Shown: positions 28,769-38,989, counted from the first letter of the stretch. The stretch: 64,000 nt of DNA from Agrococcus sp. (GCA_031178105.1 JAPSJX010000001.1:21906-85905), one strand, 5' to 3'. A program made the numbers and translations. Notes: generated by a model from the sequence alone, not told the origin.

Positions 28769-28877
28769 CGCTCGCTCCTCGGTCGGCGTCGTCCGGGCGG
28801 CTGCTCGCGCAGCGGCACCGCCCGCTTGCGGATCCGGCGCGATCTTTTCATCGCAGTACCGAATCGAGTGTCTGCAC

Positions 28878-28970
28878 ATTTTACCGAAAACGGAGTTGTG
28901 CGACAAGCGAAGATCCCCGCTGGAGCAGACTCGTGCGGGGATCGTCGGGCGCCGCTGAGCAAGTGCTCAG
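28878..28970 (-). promoter_or_regulatory. Putative sigmaA promoter plus upstream operator module, copy 2
   Basis: Minus strand TTGTCG-17bp-TAAAAT; palindrome CTGAGCA-AG-TGCTCAG at 28955-28970. Confidence 0.7.
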
Positions 28971-28988
28971 GCGGCCGCGCCGTCGTGG

Positions 28989-31900
28989 CTAGCCCAGCGC
29001 CGACTCCAGGATCGTGGCGAGCTCCTGCGCGGAGCGCTTCGCCGAGCCCGTCGCGGGGCTCGCGGCCGGCGGCCGTCCGACCACCTTCAGCGTCCGGCCG
29101 TGCAGGTGCCGCGGCAGCGCGAGGTGCACGAAGGGCCATGCGCCCTGGTTGAGCGGCTCCTCCTGCACCCACACGAGCGACGCGTTCGGGTAGCGGTCGA
29201 CCGTCCCGTTGATCTCGTCGATCGGCAGCGGGTACAGCTGCTCGACGCGCACGAGGGCGATGTCGGTGCGACCGCGCTTCGCGAGCTCGGCCTTGAGGTC
29301 GTAGTGGACCTTGCCGGAGTGCAGCAGCACGCGGGTCACCGCACCGGGATCCTGCACCTGCCGGTCGTCGATCACCGGCCGGAAGCGGCCGGTCGTGAAG
29401 TCCTCGACCGGGCTCGTCGCATCCCGCAGCCGCAGCATCGCCTTCGGCGTGAAGACGACGAGCGGTCGACGGGGCCGCGCGTACGCCTGGCGGCGCAGCA
29501 GGTGGAAGTGGTTCGCGGGCGTCGACGGTCGCGCGATCGTCATGTTGCGCTCCGCGGACAGCTGCAGGAAGCGCTCGATGCGTGCCGACGAGTGGTCGGG
29601 ACCGGCGCCCTCGTAGCCGTGCGGCAGCAGCAGCACGAGCGAGGACTGCTGGTTCCACTTCTGCTCGGCAGAGGCGATGAACTCGTCGATCACGATCTGC
29701 GCGCCGTTGGCGAAGTCGCCGAACTGCGCCTCCCAGAGCACGAGCGCGTCCGGCCGCTCGACGGAGTAGCCGTACTCGAACGCCATCGACGCGTACTCGC
29801 TCAGCAGCGAGTCGTACATCGACAGGCGCCCCTGCTCCTCGCCGAGGTTCGCGAGCGGCAGCCACTCCTGGCCGTTGACGCGATCGTGCATGACGGCGTG
29901 GCGCTGCACGAAGGTGCCGCGTCGCGTGTCCTGACCCGACATCCGCACCGGCGTGCCCTCGATGAGCAGCGAGCCCAGCGCGAGCAGCTCGCCGAAGGCC
30001 CAGTCGATGCCGCCCTCGCGCGTCGCCTTCACGCGCTTGTCGAGCACCTGCTTGACCTTCGGGTGCACCTCGAAGCCCTCGGGCGGGTTGCCGTGCGCGT
30101 CGCCGATCGCCTCGATGACGGATGCGTCGACACCGGTCGACTCGGGCTCGCCGACGATCTGCTCGGGCGCCGGCGGCTGTGCCACCACCGGCATCGAGCC
30201 GGTCGCCGCGGCGTGGGTCTCCATGAAGGCCTGCTCGAGCTTGCCCTGGAAGTCCGCCTGCGCCGACTGGTACTCCTCCTCGGTGATGTCACCGCGGCCG
30301 ACGAGGTTCTCGGCGTAGAGGGTGCGGACGGAGCGCTTCGCCTCGATGAGCGAGTACATGAGCGGCTGCGTCATGGTGGGGTCGTCGCCCTCGTTGTGCC
30401 CGCGCCGGCGGTAGCAGACGAGGTCGATGACGATGTCGCGCTTGAACTCCTGGCGGTACTGGAACGCGAGCTCCGCCACGCGCACGACCGCCTCGGGGTC
30501 GTCGCCGTTCACGTGCAGCACGGGAGCGTGGATGGCCTTCGCGACGTCGGTCGCGTAGGTCGACGAGCGGGACTCCGTCGGGGGCGTGGTGAAGCCGACC
30601 TGGTTGTTGACGACCAGGTGGACGGTGCCGCCCGTCTGGTAGGCGCGCAGCTGCGACAGCTGGTGCGTCTCGAACACCACGCCCTGGCCGGCCATCGCCG
30701 CGTCGCCGTGCACGAGCACGGGGAGCACCGAGGCCTCGCCGTCGCCGATGCGGTCCTGCTTCGCGCGCACGATGCCCTCGAGCACGCCGTTCACGGCCTC
30801 GAGGTGCGACGGGTTCGCGGCGAGGTAGACCGGCACGGTCGAGCCGTCGGCGGCGGTGAACTCGCCCGCGTTGCCGAGGTGGTACTTCACGTCGCCCGAG
30901 CCCTGGAACACGGCGGCGCCCTCGAACTCCTGGAACACCTGGCCGTAGGTCTTGCCGGCGATCGAGGTGAGCACGTTGAGGCGACCGCGGTGCGGCATGC
31001 CGATCGCGACCTCGTCGAGGCCCGCCGCGGCGCTGCCCGCGAGCAGCGCGTCGAGGAACGCGATCATCGACTCGGCGCCCTCGAGCGAGAAGCGCTTCTG
31101 GCCGACGTACTTCGTCTGCAGGAAGGTCTCGAAGGCCTCCGCCTCGTTGAGCTTGCGCAGGATGCGCATCTGCTCGTCGTGCGTGGGCTTCACGTACGGC
31201 ACCTCGAGGTGGCTCTGGAACCACTGGCGCTGCGCCGGGTCGGCGATGTGCATGTACTCGATGCCGGTCGTGCGGCAGTAGGAGTCGCGGAGCACGCCGA
31301 GGATGTCGCGCAGCAGCGCCGAGCGCTTGCCGCCGAAGCCGCCCGTGACGAACTCGCGGTCGAGGTCCCAGAACGAGAGGCCGTGCTGCTCGATCTCGAG
31401 GTCGGGGTGCGTGCGCTGCACGTACTCGAGCGGGTCGATGTCGGCCATCAAGTGGCCGCGCACCCGGTAGGCGTTGATCAGCTGCGTGACGCGCGTCTGC
31501 TTCGACAGCTCGTCGGCCGCGCGGACCGAGACATCCGTCGCCCACTTGATCGGCTCGTAAGGGATGCGCAGATCGGCGAAGATGCCGCTGTAGAAGCCCT
31601 GCTCACCGACCAGCAGGCCGTGCACGATCTTCAGGAACTCGCCGGAGCCGGCGCCCTGGATCACGCGGTGGTCGTACGTCGACGTCATCGTGAGGGTCTT
31701 GCCGATGCCCGCCTCGGCGAGCCGCTCCGGGCTCGAGCCCATGAACTCCGCGGGGTAGTCGAGCGCGCCGACGCCGATGATGCAGCCCTGGCCCTGCATG
31801 AGGCGCGGGACAGAGTGCACCGTGCCGATGCCGCCCGGGTTCGTCAGCGAGATCGTCGTGCCGGCGAAGTCCGCGGCGTCGAGCTTGTTGGCGCGCGCCT

Positions 31901-32825
31901 TCTTCACGAGCGCCTCGTACGCCGCGACGAACTCCGAGAAGTCCATCGACTCGCAGCCCTTGATGCTCGGCACGAGCAGCGCGCGCGTGCCGTCGGGCTT
32001 CGGCATGTCGATCGCGATGCCGAGGTTGATGTGCGGCGGCGCCACCATCGCGGGCTTGCCGTCGACCTCGTCGTAGTAGACGTTCTGGCTCGGGAACAGC
32101 TTGAGCCCCTGGACGAGGGCGTAGCCGATGATGTGCGTGAACGAGACCTTGCCGCCGCGCGTGCGGCGCAGGTGATTGTTGATGACGATCCGCTGGTCGA
32201 TCATCAGCTTCGCCGGCACGGTGCGCACGCTCGTGGCGGTCGGCACCGAGAGCGACTTGTCCATGTTGGCCGCGAGCGACTTCGGCATGCCGCGGAGCGT
32301 CGTGACGACCGGCTGCTCGGCCGGGGACTCCGCCTGCTCGGCCTTCGCCGACTGCTTCGCGTCCGCGGTGGGCGCGTCGGCGGGGACGGGGGTCGGGCGA
32401 GCGGCCTGACGCGTGGTGCGGGCGACGATCCCGCCGTCGGCACGCGCGGGCGCGGACGTCTCGGCCTGGCCCTCCTGCTGCTCCGCCGGCGCCTCCTGCG
32501 CGCGCTGCGCCTTGCCCGCGTCGACGGGCCCGTCAGGACGCGACTCGGCCCGCACGGGCTTGCGGGGCGGAGCGGGGCGGGACGGCGCGGCGCTCGCCGC
32601 GGGCGTCGGTGCCGCGGCCGCGGCCGGCGGCGTCGCGGCCGGCGGCGTCGGCGCCGCGCTCATGCTCGTCGTCGCCGCACCGGACGCGCGCTGCGCCGCG
32701 TACCGCTCGAGGATGGGCCACCACGACTGGGCGACGGCGCTCTTGTCCTTCGTGAAGAGCTGGTACTGCTCCTCGACGAGCCACTCGTTCGCTCCGAAGT
32801 CGCTGTCGTCCGCAGGGCTGGACAC
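28989..32825 (-). CDS. kgd: Multifunctional 2-oxoglutarate decarboxylase/dehydrogenase (E1-E2 fusion)
   Basis: FGANEWLV N-terminus, YDHRVIQG, KRFSLEG, HGDAA, WEAQFGDF, PDHSS. Confidence 0.97.
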   Translation of the reverse strand: MSSPADDSDFGANEWLVEEQYQLFTKDKSAVAQSWWPILERYAAQRASGAATTSMSAAPTPPAATPPAAAAAPTPAASAAPSRPAPPRKPVRAESRPDGPVDAGKAQRAQEAPAEQQEGQAETSAPARADGGIVARTTRQAARPTPVPADAPTADAKQSAKAEQAESPAEQPVVTTLRGMPKSLAANMDKSLSVPTATSVRTVPAKLMIDQRIVINNHLRRTRGGKVSFTHIIGYALVQGLKLFPSQNVYYDEVDGKPAMVAPPHINLGIAIDMPKPDGTRALLVPSIKGCESMDFSEFVAAYEALVKKARANKLDAADFAGTTISLTNPGGIGTVHSVPRLMQGQGCIIGVGALDYPAEFMGSSPERLAEAGIGKTLTMTSTYDHRVIQGAGSGEFLKIVHGLLVGEQGFYSGIFADLRIPYEPIKWATDVSVRAADELSKQTRVTQLINAYRVRGHLMADIDPLEYVQRTHPDLEIEQHGLSFWDLDREFVTGGFGGKRSALLRDILGVLRDSYCRTTGIEYMHIADPAQRQWFQSHLEVPYVKPTHDEQMRILRKLNEAEAFETFLQTKYVGQKRFSLEGAESMIAFLDALLAGSAAAGLDEVAIGMPHRGRLNVLTSIAGKTYGQVFQEFEGAAVFQGSGDVKYHLGNAGEFTAADGSTVPVYLAANPSHLEAVNGVLEGIVRAKQDRIGDGEASVLPVLVHGDAAMAGQGVVFETHQLSQLRAYQTGGTVHLVVNNQVGFTTPPTESRSSTYATDVAKAIHAPVLHVNGDDPEAVVRVAELAFQYRQEFKRDIVIDLVCYRRRGHNEGDDPTMTQPLMYSLIEAKRSVRTLYAENLVGRGDITEEEYQSAQADFQGKLEQAFMETHAAATGSMPVVAQPPAPEQIVGEPESTGVDASVIEAIGDAHGNPPEGFEVHPKVKQVLDKRVKATREGGIDWAFGELLALGSLLIEGTPVRMSGQDTRRGTFVQRHAVMHDRVNGQEWLPLANLGEEQGRLSMYDSLLSEYASMAFEYGYSVERPDALVLWEAQFGDFANGAQIVIDEFIASAEQKWNQQSSLVLLLPHGYEGAGPDHSSARIERFLQLSAERNMTIARPSTPANHFHLLRRQAYARPRRPLVVFTPKAMLRLRDATSPVEDFTTGRFRPVIDDRQVQDPGAVTRVLLHSGKVHYDLKAELAKRGRTDIALVRVEQLYPLPIDEINGTVDRYPNASLVWVQEEPLNQGAWPFVHLALPRHLHGRTLKVVGRPPAASPATGSAKRSAQELATILESALG

Positions 32826-32915
32826 GGTATCGATCGCCTCTTCCGAAATCTCCGGGCATGCCGCAGGCAATCCGCGGCCACGTGTCCTGCCAGCATAGTG
32901 CCGCGCCCCTCGGTC

Positions 32916-33422
32916 TCAGTGCGTGATGCCGAGCTCCGCCAGGTCGACGCCGGCAGCCTCGACGGCTAGCATCATGACCTCGCGCCGCCAGACCACGCGC
33001 GGCTCGAAGCGCAGGGGCATGCCCGCCTCGGAGGGCGTGCGGTCGCCCTTCGCGCCGTTGCACGCGACGCAGGCGGTGATGGTGTTGAGCCACGTCGACT
33101 CCCCGCCGCGCGAGGCGGGATGGATGTGGTCGATGGTCGCGCCGGGTCCCTCGCAGTACGCGCACCGCCGGCGATCGCGGTCGAGCACGCCGCGACGGCT
33201 CCACGGCATCCGGTCGTAGAGGCGCGTGTGGGGGATCTGCACGTAGTCGTTGAAGACCACCACGCGCGGCACCGGCAGCTCGAGCGAGTTCGACCGGATC
33301 GTGCCATCGGCGGCGAGCACGATCTGCGCGCGCTCCTTGACGATGAACGCGACCGCGCGCTGCAGCGAGGCGACGCCGATGGGCTCGAGCGTCGCGTTGA
33401 GCACCACCACTTGCGCTGTCAT
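32916..33422 (-). CDS. HNH endonuclease (McrA-like, zinc-binding)
   Basis: VVLNAT N-terminus; CAYC...TIDHIHP...GG...N...CVACN...KGD; GAGGAG RBS. Confidence 0.9.
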   Translation of the reverse strand: MTAQVVVLNATLEPIGVASLQRAVAFIVKERAQIVLAADGTIRSNSLELPVPRVVVFNDYVQIPHTRLYDRMPWSRRGVLDRDRRRCAYCEGPGATIDHIHPASRGGESTWLNTITACVACNGAKGDRTPSEAGMPLRFEPRVVWRREVMMLAVEAAGVDLAELGITH

Positions 33423-33483
33423 CGCGTCTCCTCGACCATCGTGCCGCATCCGGCTGTGGGTTGTGCGGAATAGTGTCGACGAC

Positions 33484-35091
33484 GTGGATGCCGGACCCGG
33501 CGACGCGAGGCCTCCGGACCTCGGCGTCGTGCCCCTCGACCGCGGGTCGCGCATCGCGGTCGCGGCGCTCGTCGACGGCGCCGTGCGCGACGAGCGCATC
33601 CACGCCGCCGCCGACGTGGGGCAGGACGAGCGGCTGCGCGCGCACCCGGGCCGCATCGTCTGGCAGGACGCGAGGGCGGTCGCCCCGGTGCTGCTCGATG
33701 CGGGCGTCGCCATCGACCGGGTCCGCGACGTGCGGCTCGTGCACCGGATCCTCGCGGAGGCGCGCGGGCTGCCGGGCGAGGAGCGCTGGAGCCGATCGCT
33801 GCGCACCGACGCCGAGGGGCTGTTCTCGCTCGCGCCCGAGGCGGAGCCGCTCCCCGCGCTCGCCGAGCAGCTGCGGCTGCAGGACGCCGCGATCGGCGGT
33901 GACGCGGGGCTGGCGATGCTCGCGGGCGCCGAGTCGATGGGCGCGGTCGTGGCGGTCGAGCTGAGCCGCGAGGGGCTGCCGTTCGACCGGGCCCGCCACG
34001 ACGCGCTGCTCGTCGATGCCCTCGGCGAGCGCACGGGGGTCGCGACGGCCGGCCGGCCTCGGCGCATGGAGGCGCTCGCCGGCGAGATCCGCGAGGCGCT
34101 CGGCGAGCCTGCGCTGAACCCGGACTCGCCGCAGGAGGTGCTGCGCGCGCTGCGGCGCGCGGGCGTCGACGTCGCCTCCACCGCGCGCTGGGAGCTGCGG
34201 GAGCACGACCACCCGGTGATCGAGCCGCTCGTGGCGTACAAGCGCATGTCGAGGCTGCACACCGCGAACGGGTGGGCCTGGGCGCAGCGCTGGGCACGCG
34301 TGGACGAGCGCGGCCGCTGCCGGCTGGCCATCGAGTACGTGCCCGGCGGCGTCGTCACCGGGCGCTGGGCGACGGAGGGGTCGGGCGCCATGCAGATCGC
34401 GCGGCAGATCCGCGGCGCCGTCGCCGCCGAGCCCGGCATGCGGCTCGTGGTCGCCGATGCCGCGCAGCTCGAGCCGCGCGCGCTCGCGGCGCTCGCGCGG
34501 GACGAGGCGCTCGCCGAGGCGGGCAGGGGCGCCGACCTGTACCAGGCGCTCGTCGACCGCGGCGTCGTCGACTCCCGCGACCATGCGAAGTTCGGGATGC
34601 TGGGGGCGCTCTACGGCGGCACGACCGGCAAGGCGGCGGCGGTGCTGCCGCGGCTGGGGCGGGCCTACCCGCGGGCGATGGCGGCGGTCGAGTCGGCGGC
34701 GAGGGCGGGGGAGCGCCGCGAGCGCGTGCGCACGTGGCTCGGCCGGACGTCGCCGCTGCCACCGCGCTGGCGCGACGACGAGCGCGGCGGGCGCCAGGCG
34801 CGCGCGTGGGGCAGGTTCACGCGCAACTTCGTCGTGCAGGGCACGGCGGCCGAGTGGGCGCTCGCGTGGATGGCCGGGGTGCGCCGGGCGATCCGCGACA
34901 TCGAAGGCGCGGCGCTCGTCTGCTTCCTCCACGACGAGGTGATCGTGCAGGCGCCCGCCGAGCGCGCGGAGGAGGTCGCCGACGCCGTGCGCGAGGCGGC
35001 GGCGCTCGCCGGCAGGACCCTCTTCGGCGGCTTCCCGATCGAGTTCCCGGTGCAGGCGGCGGTCGTCCACGACTGGAGCCAGGCGAAGTAG
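33484..35091 (+). CDS. Family A DNA polymerase lacking the 5'-3' exonuclease (actinobacterial second PolA-type)
   Basis: Motif A DAAQLEPR, motif B RDHAKFGMLGALYG, motif C HDE, TGRW, NFVVQGTAA; start uncertain. Confidence 0.88.
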   Translation: MDAGPGDARPPDLGVVPLDRGSRIAVAALVDGAVRDERIHAAADVGQDERLRAHPGRIVWQDARAVAPVLLDAGVAIDRVRDVRLVHRILAEARGLPGEERWSRSLRTDAEGLFSLAPEAEPLPALAEQLRLQDAAIGGDAGLAMLAGAESMGAVVAVELSREGLPFDRARHDALLVDALGERTGVATAGRPRRMEALAGEIREALGEPALNPDSPQEVLRALRRAGVDVASTARWELREHDHPVIEPLVAYKRMSRLHTANGWAWAQRWARVDERGRCRLAIEYVPGGVVTGRWATEGSGAMQIARQIRGAVAAEPGMRLVVADAAQLEPRALAALARDEALAEAGRGADLYQALVDRGVVDSRDHAKFGMLGALYGGTTGKAAAVLPRLGRAYPRAMAAVESAARAGERRERVRTWLGRTSPLPPRWRDDERGGRQARAWGRFTRNFVVQGTAAEWALAWMAGVRRAIRDIEGAALVCFLHDEVIVQAPAERAEEVADAVREAAALAGRTLFGGFPIEFPVQAAVVHDWSQAK

Positions 35092-35101
35092 CGTTGGAGC
35101 C

Positions 35102-36544
35102 ATGCGATTCATCGGCGACGTGCCGGAGCACGACCTGACCTACTCCGACGTCTTCCTCGTCCCCAGCCGCAGCGGCGTCGGATCGCGCATGGACGTCGAC
35201 CTGTCCCCGGACGACGGCACGGGTGCGACGCTGCCGATCGTCGCGGCGAACATGAGCTCGGTGACGGGGCCGCGCATGGCGGCCGCCCTCGCCCGGCGGG
35301 GAGCGCTCGCCGTGCTCACGCAGGACCCGCCCGTGGACGAGACGTGCCGCGCGATCGCGTGGGTGAAGGCGCAGCCGGTCGCCCTCGAGTCGCCGCACCG
35401 CGCCGCTCCGGACGACGTGGTGCAGGACGCGCTCGAGCGCGTGCCCGCGATCCCCGGCCACTGCGTCGTCGTCGAGGCGGCCGACGGCTCGATGCTCGGC
35501 GCGATCCCCGCCGAGCGCCTCGCGTCGGCGCTGCCCGACGCGCGGCTCGGCGACCTGCTCCACTCGCACCTGCCCGCGCTCGGGCTCGACGACGTCGTCG
35601 ACGGGCGCGCGATGTTCGCGGCGCTCGAGCGCGAGGGCGTCGACGTCGCCCCGGTCGTCGAGGGCGGCCGCTGCGTCGGCATCGCGTCGCGGCTCGGCGC
35701 CCTGCGCGCCGACCTCTACCTGCCCGCGCTCGACGCATCCGGCCGGCTCCGCGTGGCGGCCGCCGTCGGCATCAACGGCGACCCCGGCGCGAAGGCGACG
35801 GCGCTCGTCGAGGCGGGCGCCGACGTGATCGTCGTCGACACCGCGCACGGCCACCAGGACGGCATGCTCCGGGCGCTCGAGGCCGTGCGCGAGGCCGTCG
35901 GCGACGACCTGCCCGTCGCCGCGGGCAACGTCGTCTCGGCAGACGGCGTGCGCGACCTCGTCGGAGCCGGCGCGTCGATCCTCAAGGTCGGCGTCGGCCC
36001 CGGCGCCATGTGCACGACGCGCATGATGACGGCCGTCGGCCGCCCGCAGTTCTCGGCCGTCCTGGACACCGCCGCGACCGCGCACGAGCTCGGCGCCCGA
36101 GTCTGGGCCGACGGCGGCGTGCGCTACCCGCGCGACGTGGCGCTCGCGCTCGCCGCCGGGGCCTCGAGCGTCATGATCGGCTCGTGGTTCGCCGGCACCA
36201 TCGAGGCGCCCGGCAGGCTGCAGCGCGATCCGCAGGGGCGCCTCTACAAGGAGTCGTGGGGCATGGCGTCGACGAAGGCCGTCGAGGGCAGGTTCGGCGG
36301 CCTGGACGCGTACCAGCTCGCGCGCAAGCGCCTCTTCGCCGAGGGCATCTCGTCGTCGACGATCCTGCTCGACCCGCAGCGGCCGAGCGTCGAGGACCTC
36401 GTCGACATGATCACCGCGGGCGTGCGCTCGTCGTTCACCTACGCGGGCGCCGACAGCGTGCCCGCCTTCCGCGAGCGTGCCCGCGTGGGTGTGCAGTCGG
36501 CGGCGGGCTACGAGGAGGGCAAGGCGCTGCCGGTCTCGTGGTGA
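35102..36544 (+). CDS. guaB1: GuaB1 family IMP dehydrogenase-related protein (GMP reductase)
   Basis: DLTYSDVFLVP, DTAHGH, KVGVGPGAMCTTR, ADGG, GMAS. Confidence 0.92.
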   Translation: MRFIGDVPEHDLTYSDVFLVPSRSGVGSRMDVDLSPDDGTGATLPIVAANMSSVTGPRMAAALARRGALAVLTQDPPVDETCRAIAWVKAQPVALESPHRAAPDDVVQDALERVPAIPGHCVVVEAADGSMLGAIPAERLASALPDARLGDLLHSHLPALGLDDVVDGRAMFAALEREGVDVAPVVEGGRCVGIASRLGALRADLYLPALDASGRLRVAAAVGINGDPGAKATALVEAGADVIVVDTAHGHQDGMLRALEAVREAVGDDLPVAAGNVVSADGVRDLVGAGASILKVGVGPGAMCTTRMMTAVGRPQFSAVLDTAATAHELGARVWADGGVRYPRDVALALAAGASSVMIGSWFAGTIEAPGRLQRDPQGRLYKESWGMASTKAVEGRFGGLDAYQLARKRLFAEGISSSTILLDPQRPSVEDLVDMITAGVRSSFTYAGADSVPAFRERARVGVQSAAGYEEGKALPVSW

Positions 36545-36577
36545 GCACGGTCTGCTGGTGAGCACCGTCTGCTGGTG
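36539..36577 (+). repeat. 17-bp tandem duplication spanning the guaB1 stop codon
   Basis: TGGTGAGCACGGTCTGC TGGTGAGCACCGTCTGC TGGTG. Confidence 0.8.
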
Positions 36578-36644
36578 GGCGCGGGTAGGATGCCCGGGTG
36601 AACGACGACCCCAGTCATAGTCCCGAGCCGGGACCGATCCGCTG

Positions 36645-37952
36645 ATGGACATCCTGCTGATCTGCATCGGCGTGGTCCTGACGATCGGGACCGGCCTCTT
36701 CGTCGCGAGCGAGTTCGCGCTCGTCAACCTCGATCGCTCGGAGATCGAGGCGCGGCGCGACCGCGGCGAGTCTCGCCTCGAGGGCACCATCAAGGCGCTG
36801 CGCCAGACCTCGACGCACCTCTCGAGCGCACAGCTCGGCATCACCCTGACGACGCTGCTCACGGGCTACACGATGGAGCCGGCGATCTCGCGGCTCCTCA
36901 CGCCCCTGCTCGTCTCGTCGGGCATCCCCGAGGACCTCGCCGCCCCGCTCGCGAGCGTCATCGCCATCACCGGCGCGACGATCCTGTCGATGATCGTGGG
37001 CGAGCTGGTGCCGAAGAACCTCGCGCTCGCGAAGCCGCTCGGCACCGCGATCGCGGTCACGCCGTTCCAGCGCGGCTTCACCGCGATCTTCAAGCCCGCC
37101 GTGCTCGCGCTCAACGGCTCGGCCAACGGCATCCTCCGCTCGATCGGCCTCGAGCCGAAGGAGGAGCTCTCGGGCGCCCGCACGGCCGAGGAGCTCTCGA
37201 CGCTCGTGCGCCGCAGCGCGATGGAGGGCGCGCTCGACGCCGGCGCGGCGACGCTCCTCGCCCGCACCCTGCGCTTCTCGGAGCTGAGCGCCGGCGACGT
37301 CATGACGCCGAGGCCGCGCGTCCAGGCCGTCGACCGCTCGGCATCCGTCGCCGACCTCATCGCGCTCTCGCACTCGACCGGCCTCAGCCGTTTCCCCGTC
37401 TACGACGACGACCTCGACGACGTGCTCGGCATCGCGCACATCAAGCAGGCGATCTCGGTCCCGCGCGACCGTCGCGCCGACGTGCCGGTGGGCGCGATCG
37501 CCGAGGAGCCGCACCGCGTGCCCGAGTCGGTCAAGCTCGACGCGCTGCTCTCCGACCTGAAGGAGCGCGGCTACCAGATGGCGATCGTCGTCGACGAGTA
37601 CGGCGGCACAGCCGGGATCGCGACCCTCGAGGACCTCATCGAGGAGGTCGTCGGCGAGGTGTCCGACGAGCACGACCGGATGCACGTCGAGGTCGTGCGC
37701 GGACCGGGGTGGGTGACCTTCCCCGGCTCGTTCCGGCCCGACGAGCTGCGCGAGCGCGCGCGCGTCGAGGTGCCCGAGGACGGCCCGTTCGAGACCGTGG
37801 GCGGCTTCATCATGGCGGAGCTCGGGGCGCTGCCGGTCGTCGGCGACACCGTCCCGGTCGAGGGCGGCGTGCTGCGCGTCGAGCGCATCGACGGGCGCCG
37901 CGTCGACCGGGTGCGCTTCGTCGAGCACCCGCAGCAGGAGGGCGCGCGATGA
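36645..37952 (+). CDS. CNNM/hemolysin family protein (DUF21 + CBS pair + CorC)
   Basis: FVASEFAL, AQLGIT, GELVPKN, VVDEYGGTAG, TLEDLIEE. Confidence 0.93.
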   Translation: MDILLICIGVVLTIGTGLFVASEFALVNLDRSEIEARRDRGESRLEGTIKALRQTSTHLSSAQLGITLTTLLTGYTMEPAISRLLTPLLVSSGIPEDLAAPLASVIAITGATILSMIVGELVPKNLALAKPLGTAIAVTPFQRGFTAIFKPAVLALNGSANGILRSIGLEPKEELSGARTAEELSTLVRRSAMEGALDAGAATLLARTLRFSELSAGDVMTPRPRVQAVDRSASVADLIALSHSTGLSRFPVYDDDLDDVLGIAHIKQAISVPRDRRADVPVGAIAEEPHRVPESVKLDALLSDLKERGYQMAIVVDEYGGTAGIATLEDLIEEVVGEVSDEHDRMHVEVVRGPGWVTFPGSFRPDELRERARVEVPEDGPFETVGGFIMAELGALPVVGDTVPVEGGVLRVERIDGRRVDRVRFVEHPQQEGAR

Positions 37953-38989
37953 GCGACTGGCTCGGCATCATGTGGCTCGTCATCCTGCTGGTGGCGAACG
38001 CCTTCTTCGTCGGCGCGGAGTTCGCCGTCATCTCGGCCCGGCGCAGCCAGATCGAGCCGCTCGCCGACCGCGGCAACCGCGCCGCGAAGCTCGCGCTGTG
38101 GGCGATGGAGCACGTCTCCCTCATGCTCGCGATGTGCCAGCTCGGCATCACGATCTGCTCGCTGCTGATCCTCAACGTGTCGGAGCCGGCGATCCACCAC
38201 CTGCTGGAGGGGCCGCTGTCGTGGACCGGTCTCGCGCCGGAGGTCGTCTCGGTCGTCGCGTTCGTCATCGCGCTGCTGCTCGTCACCTACCTGCACGTGG
38301 TGCTCGGCGAGATGGTGCCGAAGAACGCGGCATTCTCGGTGCCCGACCGGGCCGTGCTGCTGCTCGCCCCGCCGCTCGTGCTCATCTCGCGCGTCTTCAG
38401 GCCGGTGATCCGGCTCATGAACGCCGTGGCGAACGGCATCCTGCGGCTCGTCCGCGTGCAGCCGGTCGACGAGGCGGCGAGCACCTTCACGATCGACGAG
38501 GTCGAGACGATCGTCGAGACCTCGAAGCGCGAGGGCGTGCTCTTCGACCCGACCGGGGCGATCTCGCGCACGTTCGAGTTCACCGAGCGCCGGGTGCGGG
38601 AGGTGGCGCTGCCGCTGTCGGAGATCGTCGCGCTGCCGGCCGGGGCCACCCCTGCCGACATCGAGCAGGCCGTGCGCGAGCGCGGCTTCTCGCGCTACGT
38701 CATCACCGACGCCGACGGGCAGCCGAGCGGCTACGTGCACATCAAGGACGTGCTGGGCGCCGACGACCACGACGCGGCGCAGCCCGTGCCGGCCAAGCGC
38801 ATCCGTCTGCTCGCGTCGATCTACCAGGAGGCCGAGGTCGAGGACGCGCTCGCCCTCATGCGCTCGACCGGGGCGCACATCGCGCGCTCCTTCGACGCGA
38901 ACGGCGACACCACCGGGCTGCTGTTCCTCGAGGACATCATCGAGGAGCTGGTCGGCGAGGTGCGGGACGCGACCAGGAGGCTCTTCTGA
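37949..38989 (+). CDS. CNNM/hemolysin family protein (DUF21 + CBS), paralog
   Basis: NAFFVGAEFA, CQLGIT, GEMVPKN, LEDIIEELVG; ATGA coupling. Confidence 0.93.
   Translation: MSDWLGIMWLVILLVANAFFVGAEFAVISARRSQIEPLADRGNRAAKLALWAMEHVSLMLAMCQLGITICSLLILNVSEPAIHHLLEGPLSWTGLAPEVVSVVAFVIALLLVTYLHVVLGEMVPKNAAFSVPDRAVLLLAPPLVLISRVFRPVIRLMNAVANGILRLVRVQPVDEAASTFTIDEVETIVETSKREGVLFDPTGAISRTFEFTERRVREVALPLSEIVALPAGATPADIEQAVRERGFSRYVITDADGQPSGYVHIKDVLGADDHDAAQPVPAKRIRLLASIYQEAEVEDALALMRSTGAHIARSFDANGDTTGLLFLEDIIEELVGEVRDATRRLF

Noticed and set aside
32290-32700. Ala/Pro-rich low-complexity stretch in kgd as a repeat element
   Set aside because: It matches the usual variable linker after the Kgd N-terminal segment.
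32916-33422. HNH gene as a mobile element, IscB or homing endonuclease
   Set aside because: No RuvC or PLMP motifs, terminal repeats, target duplication or intron context.
36539-36577. Short repeats here and at 63404-63448 as CRISPR arrays
   Set aside because: Only two units, no proper unique spacers, and no cas genes.
36645-38989. Hemolysin toxins
   Set aside because: The domain pattern is CNNM/CorC metal transport; the family name is historical.
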